Below are positions 39,590 to 48,043 of a stretch of 64,000 nucleotides of DNA, piece by piece (positions within the stretch are counted from its first letter, which is position 1; every line of letters begins with the position of its first letter). A model generated the notes under the pieces. That model was not told the DNA's origin. It was given only the letters and a program-made list of their open reading frames with translations, and searched no databases. The position numbers were made by a program, and so were the translations under genes. Source of the DNA: an uncultured bacterium. Its GTDB lineage: Bacteria; CSSED10-310; CAZUFC01. The stretch lies in assembly GCA_964619725.1 (NCBI GenBank), contig CAZUFC010000007.1:32001-96000 (forward strand), in the 5' to 3' direction.

Positions 39590-40711
39590 TCAGGAAAAAC
39601 AGGAAACAAGTCTTTCCATCCGGGAAACCAGTTCTCCATAGGAATTATTGTAACTTTCAACGGGAGCTAATCCGTCGGTTATTCTGAATATTCTTTCGTC
39701 GGACATTCGCCTCTGTTTCTGAATATTCTCCCGAGCCGTCAAAATGTTCTCTAAATTACCGAAAACATCATTCAGTACAGCCTGCGCTATTACATTTTTT
39801 TCCTTCAGGTTTTCCGCTCCGGAACGGGGAAACGGCGTTCCCTTTTCCAGGTTCTCCAGGATGCTTTTCACCTGCGTCCAGGCAGCGGTATCCTCCATTT
39901 TAGTTCTGTACAGAAAAGACATCAGGTTCATGAAAACGGTTTGAAGGCTTTGAGCGTTTTTAAAGAACGTATAAATTTTGTTTCTCTCGTACAGCCAGCG
40001 CCGGATGCCTTCGTGCGTCGCCTTCATGGTGGCGGAACCTTTATGCAGAACTACGGAATCGCTGATCACCTTGACCTGCATCCCGCATATCCAGGCTCGC
40101 CAGCATAAATCAACGTCTTCATAATATATGAAAAAATCGTCATCGAATCCGCCCAGTCTCATAAAATCGCTTTTTTTAACTGCCATGGCGGCTCCGCACG
40201 CGTAAAAAGTCAATTTCTCTCTCTGCTCTTCAGTCGACTCCTTGTATTTTTCGCCGAAATTCAGATGCATGGGCGACCCGTCTTTTGACAGAGAACCTCC
40301 GTTATAATCTATTTCCGTGCCGTCGCGGTTCAGTATCCTGCAGGCAGCGATGTAATCTCCTCCACCCTTTTTAAAAGTCCTCAGAAGATTGTCAAGCCAC
40401 CCCTCCGTTACGCATACATCATTGTTCAGGAAAACAAGATATCGTCCCCTGGCGTAAGCAGCGCCTTTATTATTCCCGGACGCAAAACCTATGTTTTTCG
40501 AATTAAGAACGAGATTCACTCCTGGAAACAACCTCCGACATTCAGAAACGGAATTATCCGTGGATGCATTATCCACCGTTATGACCTCGAAACTTGCCCC
40601 TTCGCCGCCTGTTCGACTGTAAACGCTCTCCAGACAGGAAAGCAAAAAATCCCGGCCGTTTCTATTCAATACGATAATTGAAACCAGGGGATTTACGGCC
40701 GAATTCACCAT
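39590..40711 (-). CDS. GT2 glycosyltransferase (rhamnosyltransferase-like)
   Basis: VSIIVLN, VDNASTD, NIGFASGNN, FLNND, GGFDDDFFIYYEDVDLCWR. Confidence 0.93.
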   Translation of the reverse strand: MVNSAVNPLVSIIVLNRNGRDFLLSCLESVYSRTGGEGASFEVITVDNASTDNSVSECRRLFPGVNLVLNSKNIGFASGNNKGAAYARGRYLVFLNNDVCVTEGWLDNLLRTFKKGGGDYIAACRILNRDGTEIDYNGGSLSKDGSPMHLNFGEKYKESTEEQREKLTFYACGAAMAVKKSDFMRLGGFDDDFFIYYEDVDLCWRAWICGMQVKVISDSVVLHKGSATMKATHEGIRRWLYERNKIYTFFKNAQSLQTVFMNLMSFLYRTKMEDTAAWTQVKSILENLEKGTPFPRSGAENLKEKNVIAQAVLNDVFGNLENILTARENIQKQRRMSDERIFRITDGLAPVESYNNSYGELVSRMERLVSCFS

Positions 40712-41265
40712 TTCTTTACCGTTTCCTTTTCAAACAATCCCAGGATTACAAACGGCACAAACACAGCCGTAAGCAACACAGCCAATGCCGCTCCTCTTAT
40801 CATTCGGGGGATCGTCCAACATAAAAAATCCAGCATATCGTTGATGAATGAAACCACAGCCTCTGCGGAAAATTCTCTTTTTTTGTCGTAGGTAATCAAC
40901 TCCCCGCTTACACGATGAACAAGTATATTCTTCGTGCCCGCCAGCTTCGCCGCCATGTTAAGATGATGCGTGCCTTTTCCCTCCGGATTATTCCACGGCA
41001 CGATCACACAATCGTACTTGTTCCTCCGCCAGCTCTTCCACCAGGCAAATGGTATCCGGAAAATATTAAAAAAACCTCTATCGTAATTGAACGTTTTCTG
41101 AATACGCGCATCAGTCTCCAGGGCATCCATTATTGCAGGCTGCCCCACTACATGTATTTCTGCACCCGGATAACCCGCCTGAACCTTCTGCAGAAGCATC
41201 TCAAACTGAGTCATCGTACAAGACCTGAAAATCAATATTTTCATGTTCGCAACCCTTTCAATCAT
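40705..41265 (-). CDS. Hypothetical protein resembling a GT9 N-terminal half-domain, with a C-terminal TM
   Basis: KILIFRS..YPGAEIHVV..RRNKYDCVIVP; hydrophobic C-terminus. Confidence 0.6.
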   Translation of the reverse strand: MIERVANMKILIFRSCTMTQFEMLLQKVQAGYPGAEIHVVGQPAIMDALETDARIQKTFNYDRGFFNIFRIPFAWWKSWRRNKYDCVIVPWNNPEGKGTHHLNMAAKLAGTKNILVHRVSGELITYDKKREFSAEAVVSFINDMLDFLCWTIPRMIRGAALAVLLTAVFVPFVILGLFEKETVKKW

Positions 41266-41338
41266 TAATTCAACGCAGCCTTATAAAATCCACAAATCAT
41301 AACCCATTCCCTCTTCCATCCTTCCACTCTTCCCCGCT

Positions 41339-42964
41339 TCAAGCAACTTTTCGAAAACCGCTCACCGCCGGGATCATCCTGACTTCTCGGAAACATACTC
41401 TTCCGCAATTCTCTAAATCTTCGGCATTCGCAACAGCAACAGTCCTCAGTTTCAATTCGGCTGAATCATAGCCGTTAACCGTCCACGGCAATCTGTAGCG
41501 GCCCCAGTTCGATTTGAGGTTAATTTTTCCCAGGATTTTATCTTCAGAGGAAACGATAAGTTGCTGTTTGCCTTCCCTTTCAGGATTGTAAACGATGAAT
41601 TCTATATATCCCTGACCACCCATAGATTCATGAACAGCCAGCCTGACAGCGGACTCGCCTTCCGCCCACCTGCCCTGCATAGAACCATCGAAAGGCTCGA
41701 ATCCGTAAAGCATCCCTCTTTCATCTATTCCGGCTATGATGGCTGTCGTCATGAATTCCATATCCAGCGCTCGCTTTGACGGTACGCGCGCATAAACCTC
41801 GTTTAATATATCAGCAAATCTCTGACCGGCTCTCTCCCACGTAAATTCATTCAATACCTTTTTCCTGGCTCTCATTCCTATTTCCCGCAATTTCGCTCCA
41901 TCCCTGAACATCTCTTTTATATACACGTCCAGATGTTCGATATCCTCCAGAGGAAAAATCTCTATCTCTTCCCCTTTTTGAAAATGCTCGCCCAACAGCG
42001 TCTTGTCTGATATCAGCGCCGGGGCTCCTGTCGCCATAGCTTCCAGAGGAGCCAAACCGAAAGATTCCCAGGCGGACGGAAGAACGTAAAGGTCAGCTCG
42101 ATACATCTGATTTTTTAATTCTTCTTCTGAAACGTACCCAAGAAACTTGATTCTGTCGTTTAAACCTTTTTCTTCGATCTTCTCCCGGCACCTGTCATAA
42201 TACCATTGATCGGCAATACCTCCTATTATTTTCAAGCTGTATTCCTCAGGCAATTTCGAAACAGCATCGATCAAACCGAAATAATTTTTCCTCGGACAGA
42301 AATTTCCAACGCTGATCAGACTCTTGCCTTCTGATTCTCTTTTATCCTCGTTCAACGAATTCCTCTTGTCATCCGCAAACATCTCTTTTCTGATGCCGCC
42401 CCAGACAACATGCAATGATCCCGAATACTTACTCATAATCTCCTTTTCTTTGTAACTCAGCGTTATAACGGCATCGCACATTTCACTCAATTCCCGCAGT
42501 TGTCTGTCATATGTTTTGGCATTCGGCGGATTCAATTCTTCAAAATTTTCCCAGTAGGGCGAAAAAACGGCTTTCTTCTTGAACTTCATAACAGTTTTCG
42601 CCAGAGGCGCGAGAAAACCGGTAGACCAGAAATTATGAAAGTAAATTATATCATTTTCTTTGATAAGCGAGCGACATCGACCTAATTCACTCAACTTCAA
42701 TACAGGCGGCATATAGTGGAATCCGTCTCTCCACCACTCCTGATCAGCCGTGTCGACCCTCTCGATTTTAATTCCGTCTTTTTCCTCGTATCTCTCAAGT
42801 CGCTTCCACTGAGTGTTCTGAGTCCTCTGCGGGGCTAAAACGGTAACGTCAAATCCTATATCGACGAGTACTCTTGAAACTTCATGAACTAAAAACCCCT
42901 GCCCTCCGACGAAGTATTCGGAGGGATAATCGGGAGTGATGTGCAGCAGTTTTATTTTATGCAT
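41339..42964 (-). CDS. GT4 glycosyltransferase with C-terminal accessory domain
   Basis: VGNFCPRKN, ESFGLAPLEAMATG. Confidence 0.9.
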   Translation of the reverse strand: MHKIKLLHITPDYPSEYFVGGQGFLVHEVSRVLVDIGFDVTVLAPQRTQNTQWKRLERYEEKDGIKIERVDTADQEWWRDGFHYMPPVLKLSELGRCRSLIKENDIIYFHNFWSTGFLAPLAKTVMKFKKKAVFSPYWENFEELNPPNAKTYDRQLRELSEMCDAVITLSYKEKEIMSKYSGSLHVVWGGIRKEMFADDKRNSLNEDKRESEGKSLISVGNFCPRKNYFGLIDAVSKLPEEYSLKIIGGIADQWYYDRCREKIEEKGLNDRIKFLGYVSEEELKNQMYRADLYVLPSAWESFGLAPLEAMATGAPALISDKTLLGEHFQKGEEIEIFPLEDIEHLDVYIKEMFRDGAKLREIGMRARKKVLNEFTWERAGQRFADILNEVYARVPSKRALDMEFMTTAIIAGIDERGMLYGFEPFDGSMQGRWAEGESAVRLAVHESMGGQGYIEFIVYNPEREGKQQLIVSSEDKILGKINLKSNWGRYRLPWTVNGYDSAELKLRTVAVANAEDLENCGRVCFREVRMIPAVSGFRKVA

Positions 42965-44765
42965 TTTTACCTCCGATAGAGCGGACCATGATCCCGAGCG
43001 TTCTGTCGTCTGCTTTCATTTTTTCTTTCGGTACGGTTTTTTCCGCTTCCAGGACAATTTCCAGAAATTCATCGTTGATTCCGTTCAACGGCACTTCATA
43101 GAATCTCCATCCGGGCATCAACGTCACTTTGCTTTCTATTTTGCCGTTAACCTTGATGAGGGCCTGCTGAGTAGAATCTTCAAAAAACGTATTGAGTTCC
43201 AGGTTCAGGTTTGAACCGTTTTGAGGCCGCTTGATAAAGACCACGGCTTTTTTGGCAGTCCACCGAAAACCCTCTTCAATGGGTTCGTAATTATACCATC
43301 CGCAAAGCAAACCCTTTTCATTTTCTCCCATTCTGATGTGATCTTTTAATTCTTTCCACACAAAGGGGGCTTTGGCGAGCGTGCGCGGGGGAAGCAACGG
43401 ATGTCCGCCGTGCCTTTCATAGAACTTCATTTTCACTTCTTCAATAAGAGATTCGATTTCTTTTTTCGACAGGTCCGGATAAGATAGTACTGACCCGAAA
43501 TTGCCGTCAAAGTTTTTCCAGTCCTTTGTAACAAACCAGCCGTTTTTTTCAGCTTCCTTCCAGAATTCGGTTCCCGGAAAAGGTGTAGCGATGGAAAACT
43601 GGGCCGTATCCATGCAGAGTTCCGAAGCCAGATCGAGCGTTTGCATGGCCGTCTCCCTGGTTTCTCCCGGCAAACCGATCATGAACGTACCGTGCACTTT
43701 CAATCCCGCTTCTTTGGCGTATTTGAATACCGGCGGCACATCTTTCAGCTTTATGCCTTTCTTGATTTTCTGCATGAGTTTTTCCGAACCTGTTTCCACG
43801 CCGAATTTAATTCTTCTGCAGCCGGCTTCTGCCATAAGTTCCAGAATTTCTTTGTCTACCGTATCCACGCGTCCCATGCAGCTCCAGATGATATTGAATT
43901 CTCTTTTTATCATCTCATCGCATATCTTTTTCACTCTTGACTTTCCGATAGTGAACGTATCGTCGTCAAAAAATATTTCACCCGGCTTGTGCTTTTCCAG
44001 GCAATGTTCTATCTCATCGGCAATATTTTCAGGAGACCTGGCTCGGAATTTCCTGCCATACATCACCTGTGGCCAGGCACAAAAAGTGCACCGGTACGGG
44101 CACCCGCGACTCGTAATCATGGTGATCCACGGTAATTTTTCATAAATGGGTTCATGATAGCGTTCCCAGGGATACAGCTCTCTCGCCGGAAACGGCAAAG
44201 AATCAAGATCATTCAAAGGCTCTCTGTCGGGATTTATCCTGACGTCGCCGTTCCTTCGAAGACTCAACCCTTCTACAGCATCCAGCGAACCTCCTTCCTC
44301 CAACCTCTTAACTATATCCAGTATGGTCATTTCATATTCGCCCCGTATGATGCCGGATATTTCCGGATTCTCCTGAAGAAGTTTCTTATGATAAACAGAG
44401 GCGTGCGGCCCGATCAGAAATATCTTTGCATCAAGATTCTCATCCAAAGCGCGAATGGTCTCGACATCATGATCGAAAGAAGGCGTCGCAGTTTCCAGAA
44501 TGATCACATCAGCATTTATCTCTGCCGTTTTATTCAAGTAATCGGTCAAATCAAGCGCATCGACCGCAGCATCTATCACGTCGCAATCATACCCCCGGCT
44601 CCGTAATAATGCTGCAGCATAAGCCTGGTACAAAGGAAAATGAAATGAACTTTCCTTGTGATGATGATAATCTCGCAAAGGTATGGTAAACGGCCACCTT
44701 ACGTTGCTGCGAAATCCTATCGATTCTTCTGTGATCCATGGAGGATTCGTGATAAGTATTTTCAT
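42957..44765 (-). CDS. Cobalamin-binding radical SAM enzyme with C-terminal accessory domain
   Basis: GPHAS, RGEYE, LDSLPFPAR, TSRGCPYRCTFC, DDDTF, GVETG, FMIGLPGET. Confidence 0.92.
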   Translation of the reverse strand: MKILITNPPWITEESIGFRSNVRWPFTIPLRDYHHHKESSFHFPLYQAYAAALLRSRGYDCDVIDAAVDALDLTDYLNKTAEINADVIILETATPSFDHDVETIRALDENLDAKIFLIGPHASVYHKKLLQENPEISGIIRGEYEMTILDIVKRLEEGGSLDAVEGLSLRRNGDVRINPDREPLNDLDSLPFPARELYPWERYHEPIYEKLPWITMITSRGCPYRCTFCAWPQVMYGRKFRARSPENIADEIEHCLEKHKPGEIFFDDDTFTIGKSRVKKICDEMIKREFNIIWSCMGRVDTVDKEILELMAEAGCRRIKFGVETGSEKLMQKIKKGIKLKDVPPVFKYAKEAGLKVHGTFMIGLPGETRETAMQTLDLASELCMDTAQFSIATPFPGTEFWKEAEKNGWFVTKDWKNFDGNFGSVLSYPDLSKKEIESLIEEVKMKFYERHGGHPLLPPRTLAKAPFVWKELKDHIRMGENEKGLLCGWYNYEPIEEGFRWTAKKAVVFIKRPQNGSNLNLELNTFFEDSTQQALIKVNGKIESKVTLMPGWRFYEVPLNGINDEFLEIVLEAEKTVPKEKMKADDRTLGIMVRSIGGKNA

Positions 44766-44769
44766 TGTT

Positions 44770-46014
44770 TCAGTTCACCCCATCAGTTAATTTTTCGTAA
44801 ACTTCCCTGACTTTATTGTAGGCGATATCAAAAGTATATTTTTCCAGTACCTTCCGGTGTCCCCTTTCGCCCATTTTTCTTTGCATTTCTTTATCTTTCA
44901 GTAACTTTTGTATCGTTTCCGCGATAAACATTACATTGGCGAAAGGCGCCAGGAAACCGTCGTAACCGTCTTTTATCAGTTCAGGGACGCCTCCGGCAAA
45001 AGCGCCGATAACGGGATTCTTGTAATACCATGCTTCCAGATAACTGACTCCAAAGGAATCGTTTCTTGAAGGCATGACGAATATGTCGCCGGCGTCCAGA
45101 AGGTCTTTTTTCGTCTCATCAGAAGCGTTGGTGATATTTATGACCCGGTTTCGAACAAAATCGCTCCAACCCTTATTCCATTCAATGAAATCCTGATTTT
45201 CCATTCCCAGCAGAACCAGTCTGGCCTGCTCGCCGTGTCGCCATAAATATTCCATAGCTTCCACCACATGATTTACCCCTTTATCATGGGTCTTGGTTCC
45301 TATATAGAATATGATTTGCCTCGAACCGAGATCATACTCTCTGCGAAACTTTTCTCCGTCGCCGCCGCAGAGCTTTGCCGGTTCGATGCCCATACCGAAC
45401 AGACTCATTTTTTCTTTGTCTAACTGCGGATTTAATTCCAAAAGCGATTCCGCCTCTTTCTCACTGTGAACGAAAATGTGATCGGCCTGCTGAAGAACGG
45501 CAAGCTGAGCCGGGTCCGCATGATGATATCTGATCCCCTTGTCGGCATCTTCTCCGCTGTGATGACAGGGGGTAACAACAAAGGGGCAGTCAGAGGTTCT
45601 GGCGGCCTTCAAGCCGCTGTAAAGACAGAATCCGTAAGGCAGCAGGCCGGCATGCACGATATCCCACTCTTTTCTTTTGATTGATTCAAACCACATGCCG
45701 GGCACGAAACATGGAGTCGTCATACAGCGGAATTCCTGTGTCGGCATGAATGAACGTAATCTTTCCATAGTCCTGAAATGGTCCGGCAAAGCCAGAGGCT
45801 TAAACCGCCGGACATTCACTCCGTTGATTTTCTCCGATCCGGGCTCAGCATGTCTGGCCTGGTTTGACCACAGTCTTTCAATATCGAAAGCATCCGTCGT
45901 CCAGACAGTTACATCGTGTCCCTCCGATGCCGAACGTTCTGCCATAATCTTGTGTCGATATCCCGAACCGCATCTCGCCGGATAATAATGATGTACGATT
46001 TCCAGTATCTTCAT
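44770..46014 (-). CDS. GT4 glycosyltransferase
   Basis: GHDVTVWTT, PSRNDSFGVSYLEAW..PVIG. Confidence 0.9.
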   Translation of the reverse strand: MKILEIVHHYYPARCGSGYRHKIMAERSASEGHDVTVWTTDAFDIERLWSNQARHAEPGSEKINGVNVRRFKPLALPDHFRTMERLRSFMPTQEFRCMTTPCFVPGMWFESIKRKEWDIVHAGLLPYGFCLYSGLKAARTSDCPFVVTPCHHSGEDADKGIRYHHADPAQLAVLQQADHIFVHSEKEAESLLELNPQLDKEKMSLFGMGIEPAKLCGGDGEKFRREYDLGSRQIIFYIGTKTHDKGVNHVVEAMEYLWRHGEQARLVLLGMENQDFIEWNKGWSDFVRNRVINITNASDETKKDLLDAGDIFVMPSRNDSFGVSYLEAWYYKNPVIGAFAGGVPELIKDGYDGFLAPFANVMFIAETIQKLLKDKEMQRKMGERGHRKVLEKYTFDIAYNKVREVYEKLTDGVN

Positions 46015-46031
46015 GATCGTTTTTACTCCCG

Positions 46032-47930
46032 TCAGGCCGCCTTTGCGCCAGGTTGCCCGCTAATATCCGTATATGCCTCTATTTCTATCTTCCTTACTTT
46101 CACTCCGAGCGATTCTTGAGAATGAGGATTTGCCTTGAATTCCGGCTCTGCTCTTATTTCGAATTCGCCATCGGCACTCTCAATATTACGCCACAAAATC
46201 TCATACTCCCGCCATCCTTTTCGCAAACTCAAAACTTGTTCTTCGCCTTTCGTGCTTACAATTAATTTCTGCGTCAAATCAGGATACAAAGAACTGATCT
46301 CCAATTTCATTCGAGCAGCATTTCGATTGTCGGGCAACGACAGCATAAAACTGGCCTTCCTGTCCGTCCAGCGGGATGAATCACTTCGACTGTAAGCATG
46401 CCAGCCGCTTAACAAACCGTTTTCATCCTTTCCGATTAATATCCTGCTCGATACCTTTTTCTTTTCTGAGGATAGAGGACTTCTGACGAAAACCGAATGC
46501 TTCGGCAAAACCGAAACCTCTGAAATTCGAAATGCCGCATCAGTAATCATTCCCGTCTCTTCAGGACTGTAGAGATTCTCCGCCTTAAATCCTAAAACTC
46601 TATCTTCCCCTGAGTCTTTTTCCATCAGACTAGAGGGCAAATCCAACAGATATGTTTTCCACTCATGCGAAGGTTCAATGCTTCCGATTTCTTTATTGTT
46701 TAAATAAACATGCAATTTGTTTTCTCTTATATTCCTGAACGGATTGGAAACCATGACCTGCAAAATTCCGCCTTCAGGAAAATCGGGAATCGGCAGATAT
46801 GCTCCCTTACCGATGTACCGGCAAAAAGCGCCTTCACGCCTCAGTCTATACCATCCTTTTCCCAGCCCCTCATCGCTTATGCCCATCAATCTCCTTCGCG
46901 GCGGCGATTTCCCCGCCTGAACAGCAGGCTCTTCGGGCAGTTCGCAGTGTATATCGACTCCCTTATCCTCTCTTATTAATTGGGAAAATTTTGTTCGTCT
47001 CCCCTCACGCAGTTCCTTGAATCGCTTTTTGAACAACGCCGGAACCGACTTCAGCAGTTCCCATAACGCGGTCCACTCTACATAAGAAGCCGTGGCATTA
47101 TTGTGAACCCTGCACGCATCGAACTTCTGCATCTCGCATTTGAATACTTTGTAAGCTATGGTATGCATTTTTTTCAGCGGATAGTTCCTCAGTAATATCC
47201 AGAACCGGTTTCTTAAATTCAGAAACTCCTTACGCAACCGGTTGGCTCCTTCCCCCATGGTCGCTGAAAACTTGTGATATACAATCGCTTCCGGCACGTA
47301 TATTATCTTATATCCCCGGTCCCACAAACGCAGACAAAGGTCCATATCCTCCAGGTAAATGTCGAAATCGTCAGGCAGCAATCCCGCTTGCCTTAAAGCC
47401 TCCGAACGGACGAAAAAAGCCCCGCCGCAGACTCCCGTCACTATGTCTCTCTTCCGGTATTCCAAACGGTCCTGCCGACCCAGATTCCTGTCCCAACCGT
47501 TTCCATACCAGGTCATTTCAACCCCAGTGGAATTAATTATGTTCCTGGTATAAAACATCAACATACGCGACGAACAAGCGCCGATGCTTTTATCCTGCTC
47601 GGCCGCCCTCGTCAAATGCGTCAGCCAGTCAGGATGAACTTCCGTGTCGTTATTCAGCAATACGACATACTCTGCACCGGCTTTTAACGCTCTTTCCATA
47701 CCTGCATTGTTGCCTCTGCAAAAACCTACGTTTTCAGGCAGAACCTGCAGCTTTACCCAGGGATGTTTCTCCCTTATATATTCATTCGAACCATCCGTTG
47801 AACCGTTGTCCACGACGAGCGCTTCATAATTCGAATAATTCAAATTCTTTAAAGATTCCAAACATACAGGTAGATGCTCTCTGCCGTTCCAGCTCACTAT
47901 GATTACCCAAACTGACGGTTCTTTTTTCAT
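46032..47930 (-). CDS. GT2 glycosyltransferase with two accessory domains
   Basis: VSWNG, VDNGSTDGS, NVGFCRGNN, LLNNDT, YLEDMDLCLR. Confidence 0.92.
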   Translation of the reverse strand: MKKEPSVWVIIVSWNGREHLPVCLESLKNLNYSNYEALVVDNGSTDGSNEYIREKHPWVKLQVLPENVGFCRGNNAGMERALKAGAEYVVLLNNDTEVHPDWLTHLTRAAEQDKSIGACSSRMLMFYTRNIINSTGVEMTWYGNGWDRNLGRQDRLEYRKRDIVTGVCGGAFFVRSEALRQAGLLPDDFDIYLEDMDLCLRLWDRGYKIIYVPEAIVYHKFSATMGEGANRLRKEFLNLRNRFWILLRNYPLKKMHTIAYKVFKCEMQKFDACRVHNNATASYVEWTALWELLKSVPALFKKRFKELREGRRTKFSQLIREDKGVDIHCELPEEPAVQAGKSPPRRRLMGISDEGLGKGWYRLRREGAFCRYIGKGAYLPIPDFPEGGILQVMVSNPFRNIRENKLHVYLNNKEIGSIEPSHEWKTYLLDLPSSLMEKDSGEDRVLGFKAENLYSPEETGMITDAAFRISEVSVLPKHSVFVRSPLSSEKKKVSSRILIGKDENGLLSGWHAYSRSDSSRWTDRKASFMLSLPDNRNAARMKLEISSLYPDLTQKLIVSTKGEEQVLSLRKGWREYEILWRNIESADGEFEIRAEPEFKANPHSQESLGVKVRKIEIEAYTDISGQPGAKAA

Positions 47931-48043
47931 TTTTTAACATCCCTTATTTGAATTGAATGACAACATGACGTCTCATAAGCTTGTTTGGTCATGATTTTTT
48001 TCTGTATGCTCCCCGGTCCAGCCGACGCCGCAGTCCCTGAATG

